Assembly: GCF_011065895.1 (NCBI RefSeq)
Contig: NZ_JAALCR010000039.1
Span: forward strand, 14,496-46,495
DNA: 32,000 bases
Direction of reading: 5' to 3'
Source of the DNA: Paludisphaera rhizosphaerae
Lineage (GTDB): Bacteria > Planctomycetota > Planctomycetia > Isosphaerales > Isosphaeraceae
Shown here one piece after another: positions 1 to 6,766 of this stretch; position 1 is the first letter of the stretch; each line of letters opens with the position of its first letter. The notes beneath the pieces are model-generated. The model saw only the letters and a list, made by a program, of their open reading frames with translations, was not told the origin of the DNA and did no database searches. The translations under genes and the position numbers were made by a program.

Positions 1-1
1 G

Positions 2-634
2 CCCCCGATCTTCGTCTTCGATCGGATCCTCCACCCGCTCCGCTGGCTCCGCGCCGGCGGCTCCTCGCCCCGAGGCGTGGCGCGGACGGCCCGCGACCTC
101 GCCCGAAGGTTGATCAACCCCGTCCGCTCCACGAACCTCGACCTGATGCTGGAGCCAGTCTCATCCTTCGGTCCCGAAGTCGCCGAGATCGTCCGGGGCG
201 GCTCGCAGTCGGCCCTGATCGCCGTCCGCAGGCCGGAGCGGCTGAACTACCTGCTGCGATACCCGCGCCTCCGACCGATGGGATATCTCATTCGCGACGA
301 GGACCGCCGCCCCCGGGGCTTTGCGATCCTCGCCGCGATCCCCCGCGAAGGCGGCCGGGTCACCCTTGGGCGGATCGTCGACCTCCTGCTGGACGACGCC
401 TCCCCCGACCTCTGGCACGCCTCCCTGCTCCTCCTCTCGCGCGAGCTGGCCCGCCTCGGCGCCCACGTCGCCCAGGCGTTCGCCTCGCCCCCCTGGACGA
501 TCGAAGCCCTCCGCCGCGCCGGCTACGTCCAGCGCCACCCGTTGGAGTTCCAGCTCCGCGACCGCGACAGGCTCATCCCCCGCGAACATCCCTTTTATGT
601 AACGCCGATCGAAGCGGATTATGCGTTCACATAA
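2..634 (+). CDS. GNAT-like acyltransferase-fold protein, 5' end truncated by the window edge (function tentative)
   Basis: The frame is open from position 2, upstream of the listed start at 77, and has high GC3. The C-terminal half (GFAILAAIPREGGRVTLGRIVDLLLDD...LSRELARLGAHVAQAF...EALRRAGY) resembles the acetyl-CoA-binding core of GNAT-fold proteins. The 742-aa antisense ORF on the other strand is Arg/Ser/Pro-rich junk. Confidence 0.6.
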   Translation, partial: PPIFVFDRILHPLRWLRAGGSSPRGVARTARDLARRLINPVRSTNLDLMLEPVSSFGPEVAEIVRGGSQSALIAVRRPERLNYLLRYPRLRPMGYLIRDEDRRPRGFAILAAIPREGGRVTLGRIVDLLLDDASPDLWHASLLLLSRELARLGAHVAQAFASPPWTIEALRRAGYVQRHPLEFQLRDRDRLIPREHPFYVTPIEADYAFT

Positions 635-661
635 CTGAATTTCTCCACAACCCTCGCAGGC

Positions 662-689
662 TGGCAAAGCTGTAGCAATCTGGTACGAT
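662..689 (+). promoter_or_regulatory. Possible sigma70-like promoter for the ABC operon (TGGCAA-N16-TACGAT)
   Basis: TGGCAA at 662-667 and TACGAT at 684-689 lie in the 96-bp gap upstream of the ATPase gene. GAGGAG at 717-722 is a plausible RBS for the GTG at 731. Each hexamer matches consensus at only 4 of 6 positions. Confidence 0.25.
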
Positions 690-730
690 GTCCACCCGAC
701 GACGAGTGTCCGACGAAGAGGAGCGAGACG

Positions 731-1444
731 GTGATGGGATCGGATCGCGACGGGACCGACGGGCCGGCCATCCGCGCGGTCGAGGTCCGCAAGGTTTACG
801 GGACGAAGGCGGCGCAGGTCGAGGCGCTGCGGGGGGTCTCGCTGGAGGTCGCGCGCGGCGAGCGGGTGGCCTTGCTGGGGAAGTCGGGGTCGGGGAAGTC
901 GACCTTGCTGAACCTGCTGGGGGGCCTGGACCGGCCCAGTTCGGGCGAGTTGAGCGTCGGAGGCCATGACCTCCACGGGCTCTCCGGGCGTGAGATGGCC
1001 CGGTTCCGGTCGACGACGGTCGGCATCATCTTTCAGTCGTTCAACCTGATCGCCTCGCGGTCGGCCGTGGAGAACGTCGAGCTGCCGATGGTCTTCGCCG
1101 GCCGATCGCCCCGCGACCGGCGGTCCGCCGCGCGCGGGGCGCTGGAGGCCGTCGGGCTCGGGGGGCGGCTGACGCATCGGCCGAGCCAGATGAGCGGCGG
1201 CGAGAGCCAGCGGGTCGCCGTCGCGCGGGCGCTGGTGAACCGGCCCCGGATCGTCCTGGCCGACGAGCCGACGGGCAACCTGGACAGCCAGACGGCGCGG
1301 CAGGTCATGGCCCTGATCATCGATCACGTCCGCGAACACGACGCCACCCTCGTGCTGGTCACCCATGACGAGGAGTTGGCCGCGACCTGCACCGACCGGA
1401 TCGTCCGACTGTCCGACGGCCGGCTCGCGGCGGGGGAAGCTTGA
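731..1444 (+). CDS. ABC transporter ATP-binding protein (MacB/LolD/FtsE-like subfamily)
   Basis: Walker A GKSGSGKST, Q-loop region, ABC signature MSGGESQRVAVARAL, Walker B IVLADEPTGNLD, and H-loop LVLVTHD. Confidence 0.95.
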   Translation: MMGSDRDGTDGPAIRAVEVRKVYGTKAAQVEALRGVSLEVARGERVALLGKSGSGKSTLLNLLGGLDRPSSGELSVGGHDLHGLSGREMARFRSTTVGIIFQSFNLIASRSAVENVELPMVFAGRSPRDRRSAARGALEAVGLGGRLTHRPSQMSGGESQRVAVARALVNRPRIVLADEPTGNLDSQTARQVMALIIDHVREHDATLVLVTHDEELAATCTDRIVRLSDGRLAAGEA

Positions 1445-1454
1445 TCGGGAGTTG

Positions 1455-3014
1455 ATGGAGGATCGCCTCGTGCGCTGGATCGACCTGCTGCGGTTTCCCC
1501 TCGTCTCGCTGGGCCAGCACAAGCTGCGGACGTCCCTGACGACCCTGGGCGTCGTCTTCGGCGCGTTCGTGCTCGCCGCCAGCCTGTCGATCGATGAAGG
1601 GGTGCAGCGGACCATCGAGCGCGAGGCCGGCAAGGGGGACGTCGCGCGCAAGGTGACGGTCTCTTCGGGGTGGCGGCCGGCCAAAACCAAGAAGCCGGAG
1701 GAGGTGAAGGTCGCCGGGCGGATGTCCCAGGGTCGCCGCGATCGCATCCACAAGGTCTTGACCGAGAGGGCCCGCCAGGGCGGTTCCGACCAGGAGCAGG
1801 TCAAGCTGACCCAGGAGCGGCTGGCGGAGCTTTCGCGGCTCCCCCACGTCCGCCAGATGGTCCCGATCGTCGGCGGCCGGGTCGTCGCGACGCTGGGCAA
1901 CCGGCCCGAGGAGGCGGGCGTCTCGTCCGGCGCCGGCGAGGATCCCGAGTTCCCCAAGCGGATCGTTGCCGGCCGGGCTTTCCGATCGGAAGACGAGCGG
2001 TCGGTCCTGCTCTCCGAGATGTTCGCGCATCGGATCGGCCTGGTCGACGACGCGGATCTGGAGCAGGTCGTCGGCAGGCCGTTGCGGCTCGAGATCCGCA
2101 GCCAGGAGGCCGGGCCGACCTTCAACGTCTCGCTCGCCGATCGGTCGCGGTCCGGAGGCGGTCGGGACGAGCAGCTAGCGCTCCGCCAACTCGCCTGGCA
2201 GCTCCCGGGGGCGCTCGACAAGTTCAGCCTGACCGATGCGGAGCGCACCACCCTGAAGGCGGCGATCCAGAGTGAGCCGGCGAAGGCCGATTCGGACGTC
2301 GTCGTCGAGGACTTCCAGGTCGTCGGGATCTTCCGCGAGATGACCGACGAGGAGAAGAAGGAGGCCTGGAGCCAGTTCCCCGCCGACACGGACCTGGTCC
2401 TCCCCCGGCGGACGGCGGTCGACTTCGCCTTCCGCTCCCCCGCGTATCACGAGGACGGTCTCCCGCGGGTCGTACTGTTCGTCGACGACATGAAGAACGT
2501 CAAGGAGGTCGAAGGCCAGGTCGCGGCCCTCGGCCTGAACGGCCGCTCGGCCCACGACTTCATCGAGCGCCAGCGGCTGACCTACCTGCTCGTCTTCGGC
2601 GGGATGACCTGCGTGGCCGCGGTGGCCCTGCTCGTCGCCTCGCTGGGGATCGCCAACACGATGCTGATGAGCGTGTTGGAGCGCCGTCGCGAGATCGGCA
2701 TCATGAAGGCCGTCGGCGCGACGAACTGGCAGCTCCAATCCCTCTTCGTCATCGAAGGCGCCCTGATCGGCCTGGTCGGCGGGACGCTCGGTCTGCTGCT
2801 GGCCTGGTCGATCTCCTACCCGGGCGACGCCTGGGTCCGCTCGATGGTCCACCGCGACATGAACATGGACCTCTCGGGCTCGATCTTCGCCTTCCCCAAC
2901 TGGCTCGCCTGGACCGTCCTCCTCTTCACCGTCGGCGTGACCATCGCCGCGGCGCTGTATCCTTCAAGACGCGCGGCGAAGGTCGACCCGGTTACGGCGC
3001 TGAGGCATGATTGA
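1455..3014 (+). CDS. ABC transporter permease, FtsX/MacB type, with an unusually long extracytoplasmic domain
   Basis: I chose the ATG at 1455, 8 nt after the ATPase stop, instead of the listed 1365, which overlaps the ATPase. The protein has an N-terminal TM (LTTLGVVFGAFVLAASL), a ~330-aa hydrophilic domain, and a C-terminal three-TM FtsX domain (ERRREIGIMKAVGATNWQLQSLFVIEGALIGLVGG...YPSRRAAKVDPVTALRHD). Confidence 0.9.
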   Translation: MEDRLVRWIDLLRFPLVSLGQHKLRTSLTTLGVVFGAFVLAASLSIDEGVQRTIEREAGKGDVARKVTVSSGWRPAKTKKPEEVKVAGRMSQGRRDRIHKVLTERARQGGSDQEQVKLTQERLAELSRLPHVRQMVPIVGGRVVATLGNRPEEAGVSSGAGEDPEFPKRIVAGRAFRSEDERSVLLSEMFAHRIGLVDDADLEQVVGRPLRLEIRSQEAGPTFNVSLADRSRSGGGRDEQLALRQLAWQLPGALDKFSLTDAERTTLKAAIQSEPAKADSDVVVEDFQVVGIFREMTDEEKKEAWSQFPADTDLVLPRRTAVDFAFRSPAYHEDGLPRVVLFVDDMKNVKEVEGQVAALGLNGRSAHDFIERQRLTYLLVFGGMTCVAAVALLVASLGIANTMLMSVLERRREIGIMKAVGATNWQLQSLFVIEGALIGLVGGTLGLLLAWSISYPGDAWVRSMVHRDMNMDLSGSIFAFPNWLAWTVLLFTVGVTIAAALYPSRRAAKVDPVTALRHD

Positions 3015-3108
3015 GAGGGTCCGGCCCGACAAGATCGAACACTCGATTCTCTGACAGAATTACCGTCGACGACCAACCTACCTCCGGACCATCCTTGGAA
3101 GTGTAAAC

Positions 3109-3627
3109 GTGGGTTGCGATATCCATTGCTGCATCGAGTACGCTTCCCGGCCCTCCTCGGACGACTCGCTGTGGGATTACACTCCCTTCGCCTGGGAGAT
3201 CAACCTGGGCCGCGACTATGACCTCTTTGCTCTCCTGGCCGGGGTCCGCGGCAGAGATGGCGTCGTGCCAGTCTGTGAGCCCAAAGGGCTGCCCGAGGAC
3301 GTCTCAACCGCGTTCTTGTTGCACTCGTCCTACAAGATCGACGACGAATTGGCCGCCCTGGAGGTCGATGGCTACTGCAGCCGCGAAGAGGCCGAGCAGT
3401 GGGTTCAGGAAGGGTCTTCGCTTTCTGTCGGTGAGACTGCGGTCACGAATCCTGACTGGCACTCGATCTCGTGGTTGAACGTTGCCGAGCTTCAAGAAGT
3501 TCAGCGTCGCTATCGGCTTCTGCACGATGCCGATCATCTCAAACTCTCAGCGGTCATCGCCGCGATGGGCGCATTGGATAACCAGCAAGGGGGACGGAGT
3601 CGTCTCGTCTTCTGGTTCAAGGGATAG
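3109..3627 (+). CDS. Hypothetical cytoplasmic protein with N-terminal MGCDIHCC motif; low-GC orphan
   Basis: 172-aa ORF with a GTG start and GGAAG 7 nt upstream. The amino-acid composition is protein-like: WDYTPFAWEINLGRDYDLFALLAGVRG...DWHSISWLNVAELQEV. Three hand-counted 60-nt lines gave 55-60% GC, against ~78% for a line in the neighbouring ABC gene. Confidence 0.75.
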   Translation: MGCDIHCCIEYASRPSSDDSLWDYTPFAWEINLGRDYDLFALLAGVRGRDGVVPVCEPKGLPEDVSTAFLLHSSYKIDDELAALEVDGYCSREEAEQWVQEGSSLSVGETAVTNPDWHSISWLNVAELQEVQRRYRLLHDADHLKLSAVIAAMGALDNQQGGRSRLVFWFKG

Positions 3628-3705
3628 AAATGATGGGTGCCACCGAAGCGGCCACGTCGGCTCCTGGCTGATCGACGACAGTCGTGCACCTGCCCAACGC
3701 CGGTT

Positions 3706-3729
3706 CATGGCCACGCGAGCGTGGCCATG
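3706..3729. repeat. REP-like palindromic hairpin, copy 1 (CATGGCCACGC-GA-GCGTGGCCATG, followed by GCACCC)
   Basis: Perfect 11-nt inverted repeat in the gap between convergent genes (ends at 3627 and 3782). Near-identical copies occur at 15546 and 15607. A second small hairpin, CGAGTC-GAG-GACTCG, follows at 3735-3749. Confidence 0.85.
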
Positions 3730-3781
3730 GCACCCGAGTCGAGGACTCGACGGAGAGCGAATAGCCCGGAAGGGTTCCTTC

Positions 3782-5779
3782 TCACGGCAGACGGATCAGG
3801 CTGTTGTGGAAGAAGCCGGCCGAATTGGGGTTCCCCGGGTCGTGGCGGAAGGTCTGGCCGTCGATGAGGAATTTGTACTCGTGCGATCCGGCTTCGAGGG
3901 GGATCGTGGTGGAGTAGTTCCCCTGGGCGTCGGGGCCGGTCATGGCGAGGGGCCGGTTCTTCCAGTCGGTGAACGTGCCGACGAGGGCGACTGACTTCGC
4001 CGGGCCCTCGGGATGGTGTCGGAACGTCACCTCGTACCGGCCGTTTTCCAGCTTCTTCGAGACCGGCGCGCCGAGCGTCAGATCCTGGTCGGCGAGGACG
4101 AAGTTGAGATAGCCGATGTGCATCTCGTCCCACGTCTGTTCGCCGAAGGTCACGGCGCGTTTCGGGTCGGGGTTGTTGGGGTTCTCGTCGGAGTTGTCGA
4201 AGTGGGCCTCGGTGCGGAGGATGGTCCCCTCGGGCATCGGCTTGGGCTCGGCGAGGACGTAGAGGTTCTGCCAGTCGAACTCATAGCGGGGGACGTCCAG
4301 CACGGTCTCGCGACGACCGTCAGGATAGTCGACGACGAACCGCATCGACTTGCCCCGCAGGTGCATGTGGGGCATGAGCGAGATGAGCATCGAGGGCTGC
4401 GAAAACCGGAACTCTCCCCGCGAAACGTAGTCGCGCGTGCCGGGCGGGATCTGGAACCGGAAGTCGAGCGCCATGCCCGACATCAGCTCCTTGCGAACCG
4501 TCGTCGGGTCGGCGAAGACCAGGCCGATGCCGCTGCGGTCGACCTGCTTCGTCCCCCGGGTGGTGTAGTGGAGCTGGAGCATGATCCTCGACCCGGCCGG
4601 GATGCGCTTGGCCATGCCGTCGGCCAGGATCCGGGGGGGCATGCCCGGTGCGTAGGCGGCCAGGAAGTCGCCCCCCTCCTCGTCGATCTTCGACACGCCC
4701 GGCGGCATCACGTAGGCGACGACGTGGTGGACGACCGACGTATTCCGCGGGCGCACCTGCGAGGCGCGGACCCAGACGTCATGGCTCAGCTTGGGGTCGA
4801 TCTCGACGAGTTCGTAGGGCATTGAGCCCTCGGCCGGGATCTCGACCTCGCGAGGCATCTCGAGCACGAGGTCGGGCTTGGGGATCCGCCAGCCCTCGAC
4901 GAACGTCGCGGGCGGAGGAAGGTCGGCCGGATCCCCCTCGGGCGAGCCGGCGGCGACCCAGTCGCGGATGGCCTGCTTCTCCTCGGCCGTCAGCCGGGCG
5001 TCGTTGGCGAACTTGCCGTGCTCCGGCGAGGCGTGCCAGGGGGGCATCCGTCCCTCGTCGACCACCTCGGCGATCATGCTCGACCAACCGGCCGCCTGGC
5101 GGTACTCGGTCAGCGAGAACGGGCCGATCTCCCCCGGCCGGTGGCAGGAGACGCACCGCGACTGGAGGATCCGCGAGACCTGCTTCGCATAGGTCACGGT
5201 CGCGCCCGCCGACGGCTTCGACACCCGCCCGATCAGGCAGCCGACCACGTCCGTCCTGGGCGTGGCGACCGGCCGCCCGGCGAGGGCCGCCTCGACGGCG
5301 TCGACGAGGTCGCGACGGGTGGGCGTGGGCCGATGCACGCCGATGGCGTACTGATCGTCGATCCGCCCCCGGTAGACGACGGCCCGCGACTCGTTCAGGA
5401 CGAAGACCTCGGGCGTGCGCTCGGCCCCCAGGCGATCGGCCAGCTCATTGCCGACGTCCTTCAGGACGGGGAACGGCAGCTTGTGCTTCTCCGCGAACCG
5501 GCCGATCGCGACCGGCCCGTCCTGCTGGTTGGCGTCGACGCCGAAGAAACCGACGCCCCGCTTCTCGAAGTCGCGGGCGGCCTCGGCCAGGATCGGCGCG
5601 TAGGTGTCGGCCAGCGGGCACTCGACCCCCAGGAAGGCCACGACGACGACCTTCCGATCGCGGGCCTCGTCCAGCGTGTGCCAGGCCCCGCGATAATCCT
5701 GGAGACGGAAGTCGGCCGTCGTCTCGCCCGACGCCGCCAGGCCCGCCAACACGACCCCGATCAAACCGGCAGCGATCAT
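3782..5779 (-). CDS. Secreted multidomain redox protein: thioredoxin-fold (AhpC/TSA-like) + c-type heme site + PHM/DBH-like dicopper monooxygenase domain + CBM48/AMPK-beta-like E-set domain
   Basis: N-terminal signal/anchor MIAAGLIGVVLAGLAASG. Redoxin module with FLGVECPLADTY. CVSCH heme-binding motif at residues 209-213 (nt 5141-5155). Copper ligand pattern HH351-352, H404, H471xH473, M553 (VVHHVVAY, LQLHY, MPHMHLRG, DEMHIGY). C-terminal YEVTFRH...VALVGTFTDWKNRPLAM...GSHEYKFLIDG is a glycogen-binding-type beta sandwich. Confidence 0.9.
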   Translation of the reverse strand: MIAAGLIGVVLAGLAASGETTADFRLQDYRGAWHTLDEARDRKVVVVAFLGVECPLADTYAPILAEAARDFEKRGVGFFGVDANQQDGPVAIGRFAEKHKLPFPVLKDVGNELADRLGAERTPEVFVLNESRAVVYRGRIDDQYAIGVHRPTPTRRDLVDAVEAALAGRPVATPRTDVVGCLIGRVSKPSAGATVTYAKQVSRILQSRCVSCHRPGEIGPFSLTEYRQAAGWSSMIAEVVDEGRMPPWHASPEHGKFANDARLTAEEKQAIRDWVAAGSPEGDPADLPPPATFVEGWRIPKPDLVLEMPREVEIPAEGSMPYELVEIDPKLSHDVWVRASQVRPRNTSVVHHVVAYVMPPGVSKIDEEGGDFLAAYAPGMPPRILADGMAKRIPAGSRIMLQLHYTTRGTKQVDRSGIGLVFADPTTVRKELMSGMALDFRFQIPPGTRDYVSRGEFRFSQPSMLISLMPHMHLRGKSMRFVVDYPDGRRETVLDVPRYEFDWQNLYVLAEPKPMPEGTILRTEAHFDNSDENPNNPDPKRAVTFGEQTWDEMHIGYLNFVLADQDLTLGAPVSKKLENGRYEVTFRHHPEGPAKSVALVGTFTDWKNRPLAMTGPDAQGNYSTTIPLEAGSHEYKFLIDGQTFRHDPGNPNSAGFFHNSLIRLP

Positions 5780-5858
5780 CGCCAGGCCCTCGTCATACCC
5801 AGGCCGATCCCCGAACCCCGCATCGACAATACCACAGATGTCCGAGATCCGCCACGGC

Positions 5859-6740
5859 TCATGACCAGCGGTAGTTCTGCTGGCGGCGGAATCCGGTCAC
5901 CACGATCGAGCCGTCCGGCCGGATGGAGGCCGTCGAGTAGCCGCTGTTCTCGGGGCCGGAGCCCTCGATCATCGCGGCGAGGGTCGCGTAGTGGACGCCG
6001 TTGATCTCGCGGTGGTCGTTCTGGTGGCTGTGGCCCTGGAAGACGGCGAGCACCTTCCCCGAACCCTCCAGCGCCTGCCGCACTCGGGCCGCGTTCTTGA
6101 CGAAGTGCGAGCCGGTCCCGTCGAGCCGCTGGTGGGCGAAGACGACGACCTTGCCGGCGGCAGCCTTCAGGTCGCCCTCCAGCCATTCCAGTTCCTCGGC
6201 CGGGATGTTGGCGTCGGTCCATTCGGAGTTCTTGCGGCCGTAGGGCTTGCCGTCGCTCCGGAAACAGGCGTCGAGGACCACAAAGTGGACTCCCCCTCGG
6301 TCGAAGGAGTAGTATGACCGCTCGCGACCGACGCCGCCGAGAAACTCCTCCTTCGTCAGCGTGTCGACGCAATGATTCCCCAGCACGTAATGCCGATCCG
6401 CCGAAGCCGTCGAGAACTCGGCGTCGATCTCGCTCAGCCAGCGCTTCTCGACGTCGACCGAATCGGCGGCGTCGATCAGGTCGCCCAGCTCCACGACGAA
6501 CGCCGGCCGCAACTCCTTGAACTTCGCGACCGCCTCCGCGAGCTTCCCCCGCGTCTCGCGATAATACCGCGTCCCGGCCGGCGCCTTGTCCGCATGGTGC
6601 AGGTCCGTCGCCAGGCCGATCAGCAGGCCCTCGCCCTCCACGACGGCTCCTCCCACGACCGACGTCGCCGCGAGCAGCAAGGCGCCGTCGGCCAGGAACG
6701 CCCGCCGACCCATCGTCCAACCGCCTTCATCGCGCCGCAT
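5859..6740 (-). CDS. Tat-signal metallophosphoesterase (calcineurin-like phosphoesterase)
   Basis: Twin-arginine leader MGRRAFLADGALLLAA. Metallophosphoesterase motifs DLHHAD, GDLID, GNHC, FAHQ and GHSHQND. The start may instead be the internal ATG at 6713. Confidence 0.9.
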   Translation of the reverse strand: MRRDEGGWTMGRRAFLADGALLLAATSVVGGAVVEGEGLLIGLATDLHHADKAPAGTRYYRETRGKLAEAVAKFKELRPAFVVELGDLIDAADSVDVEKRWLSEIDAEFSTASADRHYVLGNHCVDTLTKEEFLGGVGRERSYYSFDRGGVHFVVLDACFRSDGKPYGRKNSEWTDANIPAEELEWLEGDLKAAAGKVVVFAHQRLDGTGSHFVKNAARVRQALEGSGKVLAVFQGHSHQNDHREINGVHYATLAAMIEGSGPENSGYSTASIRPDGSIVVTGFRRQQNYRWS

Positions 6741-6766
6741 GACAGGACTCTCCCGGGGGATGAACC

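Noticed and set aside
161-2389. 742-aa minus-strand ORF spanning the GNAT-like, ABC ATPase and permease genes
   Set aside because: It is antisense to three ORFs with clear motifs (Walker A/B, FtsX). Its translation is Arg/Ser/Pro/Gly-rich low complexity, as expected for stop-poor alternative frames in ~70% GC DNA.
3109-3130. Reading MGCDIH as the metallophosphoesterase GDxHG motif
   Set aside because: None of the downstream phosphoesterase motifs (GDxxDRG, GNH(D/E), GH) follow, so the resemblance is superficial.
4648-5874. 408-aa plus-strand ORF opposite the redox protein gene
   Set aside because: Extreme Arg/Pro/Ala/Gly composition (RRRPGSRPPPRRSS...). The opposite strand encodes a protein with CXXCH and copper-ligand motifs.
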